From Patescibacteria group bacterium (lineage in GTDB: Bacteria > Patescibacteriota > JABMPQ01 > JAQVVF01): 64,000 nucleotides of DNA. Within the stretch, counting starts at the first letter, position 1; each line of letters starts with the position of its first letter. Both the position numbers and the translations under genes were made by a program. Positions 17,538 to 27,760 of this stretch are shown here, in pieces. The stretch covers positions 28,333 to 92,332 of the forward strand of contig JAQVVF010000001.1 in assembly GCA_028699085.1 (NCBI GenBank), in the 5' to 3' direction. The notes under the pieces are model-generated. The model had not been told where the DNA came from, ran no database searches, and saw only the letters and a list, made by a program, of their open reading frames with translations.

Positions 17538-19175
17538 ATGCGCCACATTTATCTCGAAGAAGATGATGAAATAATATCCGTAATTGATAAAATAAAAAAC
17601 GTTCAAGATAATAACGTTGAGTTAATATTCCCAAATAAATCTCCATTAATCAGAAGTATTGTTAATTTAAAAATTCTAAAAAGGCAATCAGATATTTTGC
17701 AAAAAAATATTGTTGTTGTAACAGCAGACGAGATCGGCCAGGTATTAGCCAAAAAAGCAAAATTAAGAATAAAATCTGAAACAGAAAATAATTCTGAAGA
17801 GGAATCGTCTGGAATAGCTGATGTCTCAAAAGAACAGCCAATTTTTAAATCATATAAAGAAGAAGAAATATTGAAGAATATTAAAAAACTGAAAAAGCAA
17901 GAGACTCCGGAAGCAAATAAGCCAGACTATAAAGAAATTTCCAAAGACTCAAAAAGAAAACAAATTGAGCTTCTCAAAAAGAAATTCTCTGGAAATCAGA
18001 AATCAAAATTTGTATTGTTGCCATCTTTAACATCAAAAATTATTTTAGCATTTTTTGGAATCTGCATCGTTATCGGTGCGATCTCAATTATATTTATTTT
18101 GCCAGAAGCAAAAATTTCCTATTCACCAAAAACCGAGCCTTTCACACATAATGTAGAAGCATCTCTAATTCAAGGTCTAGGCTCGCCAAATATTTCTGAC
18201 AAACAAATTGCCTATGAGGTAGCAACTATTGAAAAAAATAGTGAAGAAGTAACCTTTAATTCAACTGGTGAAAAAGATATCGGAACAAAAGCAAAAGGTC
18301 AAATAACAATTTACAACAAATATTCATCTGATCCGCAACCATTAGTCGCAACAACTAGATTCATGGGAAATAATGGAAGAATTTATCGTTTAGTTGGCGA
18401 TGTTGATGTGCCAGGCGCAAAAATTGAAGAAGGCAAAACTGTTGCTGGCAGAACAACTGCAACAATCGAAGCTGACGCTTTTGGAAGTGAATACAATTTA
18501 GAAGCGGGTGCATTTGCAATTCCTGGACTTTCATTAGATAAACAGCAAGTTATTTATGCAGAAACAAGTTCTTCTATTATTGGTGGAGAATCAAAGAAAA
18601 TTACAATTATAACAGCTGATGATTTAAAAAAAGCAAAGGAAGATTTACAAGCTAAAGTCAGCCAAAAAATAATTGAGGAATACAAAACAAAGATACCAAA
18701 TGATAAAATAATTATTGATGGCGCAATAAAAAACGAAATTCTAGATTCCAAAACTTCTGGTGAAGAAAACAAAGAAACAAAAGATTTTAAAATGTCTATC
18801 AGTGTAAAAAGCACCGTTCCTTTTGTCTCCAAAAATGATTTGCAAAATATTGTTTTTGAAGATGCTAGAAAGTTTTTGCCAGAAAATAAACAATTGCTTG
18901 ATGAGAACCTAGATAATGGAATAAAATTTGAAAAAATTTCTCAGGAAGAAAATAAAATAAATATTAAAGTCTCTTTAGACAAAAAGATGTTCACAAAAAT
19001 TGATGAGCAGGAAGTAAAAGAAAATATCGTTGGCAAAAAATCACAGGAAGCAAAAGATTATATTTTGACCAATCCATATGTCTATAAAGCTGAAGTTAAT
19101 CTTTGGCCGTTCTGGGTGAATAAGATTCCTCGCATAAAAAGCAAGATTAAAATTAGTGAAAAAGAGCTTAATTAA
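17538..19175 (+). CDS. Hypothetical single-TM membrane protein (545 aa)
   Basis: Charged N-terminal region, one TM helix (ILAFFGICIVIGAISIIFIL), then a large C-terminal domain. No family was recognised. Confidence 0.4.
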   Translation: MRHIYLEEDDEIISVIDKIKNVQDNNVELIFPNKSPLIRSIVNLKILKRQSDILQKNIVVVTADEIGQVLAKKAKLRIKSETENNSEEESSGIADVSKEQPIFKSYKEEEILKNIKKLKKQETPEANKPDYKEISKDSKRKQIELLKKKFSGNQKSKFVLLPSLTSKIILAFFGICIVIGAISIIFILPEAKISYSPKTEPFTHNVEASLIQGLGSPNISDKQIAYEVATIEKNSEEVTFNSTGEKDIGTKAKGQITIYNKYSSDPQPLVATTRFMGNNGRIYRLVGDVDVPGAKIEEGKTVAGRTTATIEADAFGSEYNLEAGAFAIPGLSLDKQQVIYAETSSSIIGGESKKITIITADDLKKAKEDLQAKVSQKIIEEYKTKIPNDKIIIDGAIKNEILDSKTSGEENKETKDFKMSISVKSTVPFVSKNDLQNIVFEDARKFLPENKQLLDENLDNGIKFEKISQEENKINIKVSLDKKMFTKIDEQEVKENIVGKKSQEAKDYILTNPYVYKAEVNLWPFWVNKIPRIKSKIKISEKELN

Positions 19176-19204
19176 GCCAGTATACAAAAAATATCAAAAA
19201 TTCA

Positions 19205-19233
19205 TTGACATTAATAAAATTAAGATATATAAT
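19205..19233 (+). promoter_or_regulatory. Perfect consensus sigma70 promoter TTGACA-N17-TATAAT upstream of infA-rpmJ-rpsM-rpsK-rpsD-rpoA-rplQ
   Basis: Read directly: TTGACA at 19205-19210, TATAAT at 19228-19233. Confidence 0.65.
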
Positions 19234-19275
19234 TAACCTAAATAAAGTTTAACAGAGGTTAAACTCATTTCTTTT

Positions 19276-19503
19276 ATGTCTAAAAATTCGCAACGCAAGG
19301 AAATCATCGAGATGACTGGCAAGGTTGTTGAGACGTTACCTAATGCCAATTTCAAGATCAAACTTGAAAATGGTCACGAAATCTGGGGCTATGCTTCAGG
19401 CAAAATGAAGATTAATTTAATCAAGCTTTTGCCAGGAGATAAAGTTCTTATTGAGTTGAGCCCATACGATTTATCAAAAGGTAGAATCACAAGGAGGCTG
19501 TAG
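19276..19503 (+). CDS. infA: Translation initiation factor IF-1
   Basis: 75-aa S1-like OB-fold sequence typical of IF-1. Confidence 0.9.
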   Translation: MSKNSQRKEIIEMTGKVVETLPNANFKIKLENGHEIWGYASGKMKINLIKLLPGDKVLIELSPYDLSKGRITRRL

Positions 19504-19575
19504 GTTTAGAGAAAAATATTTACATATCGCCTGATCAAGGCAGGCAAGAATTAGTATTAGCTATTATCTCAATAT

Positions 19576-19689
19576 ATGAAAGTACGTGCATCAGTAAAAA
19601 GATTTTGTAATAAATGTAAACCTGTTCATAGAAAAGGTCGTATTTATATTATCTGTGAAAATCCTAAACATAAACAAAGACAAGGATAA
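19576..19689 (+). CDS. rpmJ: 50S ribosomal protein L36
   Basis: Hand-translated [37 protein letters not shown], 37 aa with a C-x2-C...C...H zinc ribbon. Below the ORF-track size cutoff. Confidence 0.85.
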   Translation: MKVRASVKRFCNKCKPVHRKGRIYIICENPKHKQRQG

Positions 19690-19718
19690 TTTTTTTAATT
19701 TTTTAGACTTTAATATTT

Positions 19719-20108
19719 ATGGCTAGAATCGCTAGTATTACAATCCCAGCCGAAAAAAGAATAGATGTCGCTTTGACATATATTTATGGTATCGGATTGC
19801 AACTCAGCAAAAAAATCTTAAAAACTGCTGATATAGCTTGGAAAAAGAAAACTAAAGAATTGACAACAGACGAAATCAACACATTAAAGAATCTTATCGA
19901 AAAGAGACACAAGGTTGAAGGTGATTTGCGTCGTGAAAAAATGCTTAATGTTAAAAGATTAAAAGAAATAAACTGCTATCGCGGCACTAGACACGCTAGA
20001 AATCTTCCTGTTCACGGACAAAGAACAAAAACCAATTCAAGAACAGTAAGAGGCAATGTAAGAAGAACAGCTGGCAGTGGAAGGCGCGCATCAGCAGAAA
20101 AGACTTAA
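19719..20108 (+). CDS. rpsM: 30S ribosomal protein S13
   Basis: MARIASITIP... is a typical S13 N-terminus. Confidence 0.9.
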   Translation: MARIASITIPAEKRIDVALTYIYGIGLQLSKKILKTADIAWKKKTKELTTDEINTLKNLIEKRHKVEGDLRREKMLNVKRLKEINCYRGTRHARNLPVHGQRTKTNSRTVRGNVRRTAGSGRRASAEKT

Positions 20109-20115
20109 AAATTTT

Positions 20116-20511
20116 ATGGCTAACACATTTACTAAAAAAAGCGCAAAGAAAAAAGTAATCCGCAAAATTAGCAAGGGTCGTGCTTATATTGCATCTACTT
20201 ATAACAACACCCATATTTCTTTAACAGATCTAAATGGCAATGTTATTTCTTGGAGCAATTCTGGAAAATTGGGATTCAAAGGCGCAAAGAGATCTACTCC
20301 ATATGCCGCAACTGAAATCGTTAAAGATGCAATTACAAAAGCAAAGCCAACAGGCATCAGTGAGATTGATGTTTTTGTTAAAGGCATCGGAGGCGGACGT
20401 GAAGCAGCAATTAGAGCTTTATATTCAAATGGCTTAAATATTGTTTCCATTAAAGACACTACTCCAATCCCACACAACGGTTGCAGACCTCCAAAAGTTC
20501 GAAGAGTATAG
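20116..20511 (+). CDS. rpsK: 30S ribosomal protein S11
   Basis: The S11 core (YIASTYNNTHISLTD) is present. The start is trimmed to the ATG at 20116. Confidence 0.9.
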   Translation: MANTFTKKSAKKKVIRKISKGRAYIASTYNNTHISLTDLNGNVISWSNSGKLGFKGAKRSTPYAATEIVKDAITKAKPTGISEIDVFVKGIGGGREAAIRALYSNGLNIVSIKDTTPIPHNGCRPPKVRRV

Positions 20512-20567
20512 TGGGCAAAAATTTTGATCAGTGTTAATTATTTATTCATACATTTTCTATTTACATT

Positions 20568-21191
20568 ATGCTATACAAGAAATGCAAAAAATGCCGTCGT
20601 TATGGTGAAAAACTTTTTTTGAAAGGTGATCGTTGTTATACAGCAAAATGCTCGATAACAAGAAGAAACTATGGTCCTGGCATTCATGGAGATACTGGAA
20701 AACCTAAAAAAATGTCTGAATTTGGTACTCAGCTTTTTGAAAAGCAAAAAGCTAAAAAGATTTATGGACTTCGTGAAAAACAATTTAGAGGCTATTACAA
20801 TAAAGCTAGCAAGCAAAAAGGCGTTACCAGTGAAAAGATTGCTCAATTATTAGAAACAAGATTAGATAACATTGTTTTTAGATTAGGATTTGCAAAGTCC
20901 AGAAATCTAAGTCGTCAGATAGTAAATCATGGTCATATTTTAGTTAATGACAAGCCAGTCGATATTGCTTCTCATCAATTAAAAATTAATGATGTTGTTA
21001 AGATTAAAGAAAAAGCAAAAGCTAATAAATATTTTATAAATATTCCAAAAACGATTGTTAAAGATTCAGTTCCTCGTTGGTTAGAAGTAAATTCAAAAGA
21101 TTTATCAGGCAAGGTGATCGCAATGCCAGGAATAGCTGATATGGATCATTCAATCGGCATGAAGCAAATTATCGAGTCATATTCTAAATAA
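20568..21191 (+). CDS. rpsD: 30S ribosomal protein S4 (zinc-ribbon form)
   Basis: CKKC...C..C zinc ribbon and an S4 domain. Confidence 0.9.
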   Translation: MLYKKCKKCRRYGEKLFLKGDRCYTAKCSITRRNYGPGIHGDTGKPKKMSEFGTQLFEKQKAKKIYGLREKQFRGYYNKASKQKGVTSEKIAQLLETRLDNIVFRLGFAKSRNLSRQIVNHGHILVNDKPVDIASHQLKINDVVKIKEKAKANKYFINIPKTIVKDSVPRWLEVNSKDLSGKVIAMPGIADMDHSIGMKQIIESYSK

Positions 21192-21215
21192 TTATTAACT
21201 AATATTAATAAATTT

Positions 21216-22175
21216 ATGGAGGAAATTATCATACCATCAAAAATTGCTGCTTTGAAAGAAGAAGGCAATGAGTCTACGATTGTTATAGAGCCTTGTTTTC
21301 CTGGATATGGCCTTACTTTAGGCAATGCATTAAGAAGAATTTTACTTTCTTCTCTTAAAGGTGCTGCAATTACTGCTATTAAGATCAAAGGTGTTGACCA
21401 TGAATTTACTGCGATTGAGCATATCAAAGAAAGTGTTATTGATATTATTTTGAATGTAAAGAAAATTAGAATTAAATCATTTTCAACTGAACCTGTTAGA
21501 GTAAAATTATCCCACAAGGGCACTGGTGAAATTACAGCTAAAGAGATAAAAGCAACTAGCGATATTGAAGTTATCAATAAAGATCAAATTATAGCTTCTG
21601 CTACAAGCAAAGATGCAAACTTCGAAATGGAATTTGTCATAGAACAAGGCATGGGTTATTTGCCAGTTGAACAAAGAAATGGCAAAGATTTAGAAATCGG
21701 CATGATTGCTATCGATGCTATTTTTTCTCCAGTTGTAGCAGTTGGCTACAAAGTAGAAAATACTCGTGTTGGACAGAGAACAGATTTTGACAAACTTATT
21801 TTAAATGTAAAAACAGACGGCTCTATTTCTCCTTTAGATGCAATTGCAAAATCAGCAAAAATTTTAGTTGATCAATTCTCAATTCTAGCTGGCAAGGAAA
21901 TGATCGAAAAGAAAATTAAAGAAGGAAAAGAAGAAAAAGATCAACCTGTAGCAGAAAAAGAAGAAACTACTACAGAGGCTGGCGACAAATTAGTTTCTGA
22001 ATTAAAATTATCAACAAGAACTTACAATTCATTAGACAAAGCAAAAATCAGAAAAGTTAACGACCTAATCAAGAAATCAGAAAAAGATCTATTGGAACTA
22101 GAAGGTTTTGGAGAAACAGCTTTGAAAGAAATCAAAAAAGAATTGAAGAAATTAGATTTAGATTTAAAAGCTTAA
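21216..22175 (+). CDS. rpoA: DNA-directed RNA polymerase alpha subunit
   Basis: Alpha N-terminal dimerisation domain and C-terminal helix-hairpin-helix domain (ELSTRTYNSL). Confidence 0.9.
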   Translation: MEEIIIPSKIAALKEEGNESTIVIEPCFPGYGLTLGNALRRILLSSLKGAAITAIKIKGVDHEFTAIEHIKESVIDIILNVKKIRIKSFSTEPVRVKLSHKGTGEITAKEIKATSDIEVINKDQIIASATSKDANFEMEFVIEQGMGYLPVEQRNGKDLEIGMIAIDAIFSPVVAVGYKVENTRVGQRTDFDKLILNVKTDGSISPLDAIAKSAKILVDQFSILAGKEMIEKKIKEGKEEKDQPVAEKEETTTEAGDKLVSELKLSTRTYNSLDKAKIRKVNDLIKKSEKDLLELEGFGETALKEIKKELKKLDLDLKA

Positions 22176-22205
22176 TGAGTTTATAATTACTTTAATTTAA
22201 CTGGA

Positions 22206-22553
22206 ATGCGACATCTTAAGAATACTAAAAAATTAGGACGCGATAGAGCACAAAGAAAAGCTTTAAAAAAAATGCTAGCTTCTTCTTTGGTTATGCATGG
22301 AAAAATTCAAACAACAGAAGCAAAAGCTTCTTTTGTTCAACCTTATATTGAAAAAATCATTACTGCCTGCAAAGAAAAAAGTTTAGTTTCTAAAAGAACT
22401 TTATATCAAGATTTAAATGCAAAAGCAGCTGAAAAATTTAGCAAAGACTTAACAGCAAAATTTTCCGGTAAAAAAAGTGGTTATACAAGAATTACAAAGC
22501 TATCAATTCGAAAAGGAGATAGCGCAAAAATGGTTTTACTAGAATTAATTTAA
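22206..22553 (+). CDS. rplQ: 50S ribosomal protein L17
   Basis: Size and conserved order after rpoA. Confidence 0.85.
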   Translation: MRHLKNTKKLGRDRAQRKALKKMLASSLVMHGKIQTTEAKASFVQPYIEKIITACKEKSLVSKRTLYQDLNAKAAEKFSKDLTAKFSGKKSGYTRITKLSIRKGDSAKMVLLELI

Positions 22554-22571
22554 TAATCAGTAGCAGATATT

Positions 22572-22964
22572 ATGAAAACATTTATCCCAAAAGCTGAAAA
22601 TATAAAAAGAGAAAAGCATGTTATAGATGCTTCAAAGGAATCTTTAGGAAGATTAGCAACAAAAGCTGCTACTTTTTTGATGGGCAAACACAAAGTTGAT
22701 TATACAAGTCATTTAGATATGGGAGATTATGTTTCTGTAATTAATACTAGTCAAGTTATTTTGACAGGAAATAAAATGGAAGATAAGAAATATCATCATT
22801 CTTCATATTATCTAGGAAATTTAAGAACATTTTCAGCTCAGGAAAAATATAATAAGAATCCTAACTTCTTGATCAAGAATGCAATTAAAGGTATGTTGCC
22901 AAAAAATAGGCTTCAAAATGCTAGATTAAAAAGATTAACAATATTCACAAATGACGGAAAATAA
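22572..22964 (+). CDS. rplM: 50S ribosomal protein L13
   Basis: Typical L13 length, followed by rpsI. Confidence 0.85.
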   Translation: MKTFIPKAENIKREKHVIDASKESLGRLATKAATFLMGKHKVDYTSHLDMGDYVSVINTSQVILTGNKMEDKKYHHSSYYLGNLRTFSAQEKYNKNPNFLIKNAIKGMLPKNRLQNARLKRLTIFTNDGK

Positions 22965-23406
22965 GAAACCAGAGACAATTAAAGAAGTTAAAGAAGAACA
23001 ACAAGCCAACGATTTAGCTGGAAAATATTATTATGGAACAGGCAGAAGAAAAAGAGCTATTGCTCAAGTTAGATTATATCGTGGCAATGGAAAATTTATC
23101 ATTAATAAAAAAGAATTAAAAATATATTTCAAAAATGCAGATTTAAGAGATATTATTTTAGAGCCTTATAAATCCGTTGGGCAAGAAGGAAAATTTGACA
23201 CAACAGTAAGAGTTTTGGGCGGCGGATCAAAAGGTCAAGCAGAAGCAGTTAGATTAGGAATTTCAAGAGCTTTAGTTGTCAAGAATCAAACTTATAAAGT
23301 TCCACTAAAGAAATTAGGATTCTTAACAAGAGATCCAAGAGAGACCGAAAGAAAAAAGCCAGGTTTGAGAAAAGCAAGACGAGCTCCACAATGGGCAAAA
23401 CGTTAA
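22951..23406 (+). CDS. rpsI: 30S ribosomal protein S9
   Basis: C-terminal GLRKARRAPQWAKR is the hallmark S9 tail. Confidence 0.9.
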   Translation: MTENKKPETIKEVKEEQQANDLAGKYYYGTGRRKRAIAQVRLYRGNGKFIINKKELKIYFKNADLRDIILEPYKSVGQEGKFDTTVRVLGGGSKGQAEAVRLGISRALVVKNQTYKVPLKKLGFLTRDPRETERKKPGLRKARRAPQWAKR

Positions 23407-23423
23407 AAAAGATTATACTTATG

Positions 23424-23447
23424 CCGCGAGATTTTCTCGCGGTTTTT
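23424..23447 (+). terminator. Rho-independent terminator CCGCGAGA-TTT-TCTCGCGG plus T5
   Basis: Read directly after the rpsI stop. Confidence 0.75.
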
Positions 23448-23506
23448 GTTTGCAAAAAAAACTGCACAACACAGCAGTTACAATTTAGTTATTAATAAAT
23501 AATCAT

Positions 23507-24937
23507 TTAAAATAAAGCATCATCCTCCGAAATTCTTGTTTCAAATAAATATTTATCTTGATTCAAAAATATCAAATTTTCGCCCTTAAGGTCAGGAGCA
23601 AAATCAGAAATCATAAAGTTATTAAATGTATACATATTTTTAGTGCTTCTTTCATCTAATTCAATCACGTTCAATCTCTTATCAATATTATACAAAACAT
23701 GCTCAAAATCTGGATACCAAATTGCTTTTTCAATTTTTGTTTGTGATCTAGCAATCAAATTTGCATTATTAATTTTGTATTCATTATGAATTATCGGAAT
23801 ATCAGAAGCACGATTTATCAACTCATAAAACCACATTTCAACATCATTATAATATAATAATTTATTTTCTTTTTCACTCCACACAAAACCTAATGGGTTT
23901 TCAAAAATTTTTGTTGCTAAAAAATCATTACTATTCTTTTTTTGTTTGACTAAATATAAAACATTATTTTCTAATTTGAATGCAACCGCATTCTTTAAAC
24001 CAACTTTAATTTCAACAATCTTAATGTTTTCAGGATTCTCAATTAAAAAAATATTAGATCCTAAAGAATTTTCTTTTGCTCTTTTTAAAACATATTTTTC
24101 ATTTTCAAATTTTTCTAAAAAAACATAATCATCACTGATCGCAAAATTTGAAACAGAAGTTAAAGCAACTGATGGAATTGATGAAGAGTCTGCATTATAG
24201 CTATACAAATTATCCTTATAGATCCAGTAAATCAAACTATCATTTTTCATTGACCAGTTAGGATTAGTTATTTCGTAACCAAAAACAGTATTCAAATTTA
24301 TAACTTTCTCAGAATTAGCAATCATATAATTCTTAGTCATTGATTTATCCTTCCAGCTAAAAAAAGCATATCTACCATTTAAAGATAATTTAAGATCAGA
24401 AAATTCTGCATTTTCGTAAATAACTGCATCGTCTTTTTCTGGAAAGATTTTGGTCAGTCTTGCTGAATCAATATTATATTCATATATGCCTTCTTTATCT
24501 TGATAGTTGCTTAACAAAAAAATCTTTTTTTCTGAAGCAATATATTTAAAATCATCAAATGTCTGATCCTTAACTAATTGTTTTAAGCTAGGATTTTCAT
24601 AGAACAATCTGACATGGCTTGCCCAATTGACCTTACCGCTTTTTACTGGCAATGTCTTTTTCCAAGCAAAAAAACCTTGTTTTTCAACTTTTATTTTATA
24701 ATTACCAGGAGTTAAAGAAGACGATTTAAATGGAGTACCATTATCAACAAATTTATTATTTAAAAATACATTAACGCTTTCTGGCTGGGACTCAACGACT
24801 AGCATACCGACCTTTGTAACTTCAAGTTTTCTAAAATCAAAACGAAAACCCATTGCATAAAAAACTAGCAATGGAGCGACAACAATAAAAATCAAAATAC
24901 TTAAAGTTAATAAAATTTGTCGATGCAATTTTCTCAT
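23507..24937 (-). CDS. Membrane-anchored PEGA-domain protein (476 aa)
   Basis: N-terminal TM helix. The PEGA-like segment (VVESQPESVNVFLNNKFVDNGTPFKSSSLTPGNYKIKVEKQGF) is present. Confidence 0.5.
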   Translation of the reverse strand: MRKLHRQILLTLSILIFIVVAPLLVFYAMGFRFDFRKLEVTKVGMLVVESQPESVNVFLNNKFVDNGTPFKSSSLTPGNYKIKVEKQGFFAWKKTLPVKSGKVNWASHVRLFYENPSLKQLVKDQTFDDFKYIASEKKIFLLSNYQDKEGIYEYNIDSARLTKIFPEKDDAVIYENAEFSDLKLSLNGRYAFFSWKDKSMTKNYMIANSEKVINLNTVFGYEITNPNWSMKNDSLIYWIYKDNLYSYNADSSSIPSVALTSVSNFAISDDYVFLEKFENEKYVLKRAKENSLGSNIFLIENPENIKIVEIKVGLKNAVAFKLENNVLYLVKQKKNSNDFLATKIFENPLGFVWSEKENKLLYYNDVEMWFYELINRASDIPIIHNEYKINNANLIARSQTKIEKAIWYPDFEHVLYNIDKRLNVIELDERSTKNMYTFNNFMISDFAPDLKGENLIFLNQDKYLFETRISEDDALF

Positions 24938-25056
24938 ATAATATATTACTTAAAAAATAACAATTTTAAACAAAATTGTAAATAGGAAGACCAGCAAGAT
25001 TATTGACTTAATGTGTTACTAAATGTAATATAATAACTGCCAGCAAGGAGGGAAAA

Positions 25057-25215
25057 GTGCCTGACCAAAATATTAAGACTGAACAATTAGAAGAAGGTAT
25101 TTCTTCAAATATTTTTGAAGAAGGCGTGCCTGAATGTTCCCCTGATCAATTACCTGATTTACCTGAATGTCCTCCCTCTTCAGACCCTCTAGACGAAGTA
25201 TGCGCCCAAGCTTAA
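25057..25215 (+). CDS. Small acidic Cys-containing protein (52 aa, GTG start) with an exceptionally strong SD (AAGGAGGG)
   Basis: Hand-translated MPDQNIKTEQLEEGISSNIFEEGVPECSPDQLPDLPECPPSSDPLDEVCAQA. SD at 25045-25052, GTG at 25057. A hairpin plus T7 follows at 25238-25260. GC-richer than the flanks. Confidence 0.35.
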   Translation: MPDQNIKTEQLEEGISSNIFEEGVPECSPDQLPDLPECPPSSDPLDEVCAQA

Positions 25216-25237
25216 AAAAATATCGTTCTTTAATTTT

Positions 25238-25260
25238 ACTGCATTATAAGCAGTTTTTTT
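25238..25260 (+). terminator. Weak rho-independent terminator ACTGC-ATTATAA-GCAGT plus T7
   Basis: Read directly after the small ORF. Confidence 0.4.
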
Positions 25261-25349
25261 ATATTGTAATTTCGATATTTTTATAGTATGCTTAAGCATA
25301 TTCGCGTAGGGGCACAAAATTTTGTGCTCCTACAATAATTAAATTTTTT

Positions 25350-26612
25350 ATGTCAAAATTCATAATCACAGGTCCAAATAAATTGTCAGGCGAAATCAGC
25401 GTTGCTGGTGCAAAAAATAGCGCCTTGAAAGCAATTGCAGCAACTGTTTTGACAGATCAAGAAGTTATCTTAAAAAATATTCCAAGCATTGAAGATGTTC
25501 ATGTAATGTTTGAAATTCTTAAAGATTTAGGCGGACAAGTTGAAAAAGTTAGCGAACATGAATATAAAGTCAAAGTTTCCGAAATTAAAAAAACAGAATT
25601 AGACAAAAATCTAGTTGCCAAATTGCGCGCTTCAATTATGTTTTTAGCTCCGTTATTAACTCGAGTTAGCGAGGTAAAATTTCCATTTCCAGGTGGCGAT
25701 ATTATTGGCAAAAGACCAATCGATATTTATTTAGACGGTTTAGATCAATTTGGTGTTGAGATAAAATATGAGCGAGATTATTATCATTTGAAAAAAACAA
25801 GCGAAAAATTAAAAGCGACAAAATTTGTATTTCCAATTATTTCTCATACTGTTACAGAAAGTTTAATTATGGCTGCAGTTTTGGCAGAAGGCAAGACAAC
25901 ACTTGTGAATACTGCCTGTGAGCCAGAGGTTACAAATTTAGTTGAATTTTTAAATTCTTTAGGCGCAAAAATTACTGGAGCCGGTACGCCAAATATTGAA
26001 ATTGAAGGTGTCTCAAAGCTTAGCGGCGGAGAATTCACTGCCATTCCAGATCGTATTGAAACTGGCACATTCGCCATTTTAGGCGCTTTGACAGGTGGCG
26101 ATCTAAAAATCACAAATTGTAATCCAAGTCATTTAGAAACTTTCTGGAAAATCTTAGAAAAGATTGGTGTTAATTTTGAAATTGGAAAAGATACTGTTAA
26201 AATAAATCCTTCCAATGATCTAAAAGCACATGAAGTTAGAACTCATGAATATCCAGGCTTTGCTACAGATTTGCAAGCTCCAGCAACAATTTTGTTAACT
26301 CAAGCCAAAGGATTGAGCATGGTTTATGAAACAATTTATGAAGGCCGTTTATTTTATACAGATATGCTAAACAAAATGGGAGCAAATATAATTATGTGCG
26401 ATCCTCATCGCATTGTCATTCAAGGTCCAACAAAATTTTATGGTGCAAAACTAGAAAGTCCTGATATTAGAGCTGGCATTGCCTTAGTTATTGCCGCACT
26501 TATAGCAGATGGCAAATCAGAAATTGACAATATTTATCAAGTTGATCGCGGTTATGAAAAAATTGAAGAAAGATTAAAAACACTCGGTGCAAAAATTGAA
26601 AGGCAAGAGTAA
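25350..26612 (+). CDS. murA: UDP-N-acetylglucosamine 1-carboxyvinyltransferase
   Basis: EPSP-synthase fold protein, 420 aa, with the conserved MurA N-terminus (GPNKLSGEISVAGAKNSALK). Confidence 0.9.
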   Translation: MSKFIITGPNKLSGEISVAGAKNSALKAIAATVLTDQEVILKNIPSIEDVHVMFEILKDLGGQVEKVSEHEYKVKVSEIKKTELDKNLVAKLRASIMFLAPLLTRVSEVKFPFPGGDIIGKRPIDIYLDGLDQFGVEIKYERDYYHLKKTSEKLKATKFVFPIISHTVTESLIMAAVLAEGKTTLVNTACEPEVTNLVEFLNSLGAKITGAGTPNIEIEGVSKLSGGEFTAIPDRIETGTFAILGALTGGDLKITNCNPSHLETFWKILEKIGVNFEIGKDTVKINPSNDLKAHEVRTHEYPGFATDLQAPATILLTQAKGLSMVYETIYEGRLFYTDMLNKMGANIIMCDPHRIVIQGPTKFYGAKLESPDIRAGIALVIAALIADGKSEIDNIYQVDRGYEKIEERLKTLGAKIERQE

Positions 26613-26649
26613 TTTTTACTTTTTCCTTTTGACTTTTTAATTTTTAAAC

Positions 26650-27660
26650 ATGTTCATAAAGAAAATCGGCATTGATCTTGGTACGGCAAATTCAGTAGTC
26701 TATTTACCAAAGAAAGGCATTGTTTTAAATGATCCTTCTGTTGTCGCTGTCTCATTAGATGATAATTCGATTCTAGCAGTAGGAAATGAAGCAAAACAAA
26801 TGCTTGGCCGAACGCCAGACACAATTGTTGCTTCTCGTCCAATGAAAGATGGCGTAATCGCTGATTATCGTGTTACTGAAGCAATGCTTCGTTATTTTAT
26901 TAACAAATCAATCGGTAATGTTAGATTATTCCGTCCTGAAGTCATGGTTTCTGTTCCAGCTGGCATTACTTCTACTGAAAGAAGAGCTGTCGTTGATGCT
27001 ACTATGCAAGCTGGTGCTAAAGCTGCTTACATTATAAAAGAGCCAATTGCTGCAGCTATTGGCGCTGGAATTCCAATTGCTCAATCATGCGGCAACATGG
27101 TCATCGATATCGGTGGCGGAACAACAGAAGTTGCTGTTATTTCTTTGGGAGGTATCGTTGCTGTTAATTCAGTTCGTGTTGCTGGAAATAAACTAGACGC
27201 TGCTATTGCCAATTATATTCGTAAAAAACATGGTTTAGTAATTGGTGATCGAACAGCTGAAGAAATTAAAATAAAAATTGGCACGTGTTTGCCAGTTGAA
27301 AAAGAAGACACAATTGAGATTCGCGGTCGCGATATGGTTCGCGGTCTGCCAAAAAATATTATTGTTACTTCAAACGAAACAACTGAAGCAATTCAAGACG
27401 AGCTTCGGGAAATAGTTCAAGCCGTTAAAGCTGTTTTACAAGAAACTCCTCCAGAATTATCAGCTGATGTTATGGACAAAGGCATGATTTTAACTGGTGG
27501 TGGGGGATTATTAAGAAATTTAGATCAGCTTTTAGCCAAGTCAACTGGTGTTCCATGTTATGTTGCTGAAGATCCATTGCTTTGTGTTGTAAAAGGTACT
27601 GCAGCAGCGCTTGAAAATTTGGACTCATACAAGAGAAGTGTATTAGCATCTAAAAGGTAA
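26650..27660 (+). CDS. mreB: MreB-like actin homolog (paralog 1)
   Basis: IGIDLGTANSVVY and DIGGGTTEVAVIS motifs are present. A second, more canonical copy is at 36197. Confidence 0.8.
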   Translation: MFIKKIGIDLGTANSVVYLPKKGIVLNDPSVVAVSLDDNSILAVGNEAKQMLGRTPDTIVASRPMKDGVIADYRVTEAMLRYFINKSIGNVRLFRPEVMVSVPAGITSTERRAVVDATMQAGAKAAYIIKEPIAAAIGAGIPIAQSCGNMVIDIGGGTTEVAVISLGGIVAVNSVRVAGNKLDAAIANYIRKKHGLVIGDRTAEEIKIKIGTCLPVEKEDTIEIRGRDMVRGLPKNIIVTSNETTEAIQDELREIVQAVKAVLQETPPELSADVMDKGMILTGGGGLLRNLDQLLAKSTGVPCYVAEDPLLCVVKGTAAALENLDSYKRSVLASKR

Positions 27661-27760
27661 TTATCAATTAGCAATTTCCAATTTTCAATCAATTATCAAT
27701 TTTCAATGATTATCAGCTCATTGTGAATTGTAAAATTGAAAATTTATTGTAAATTGATCA

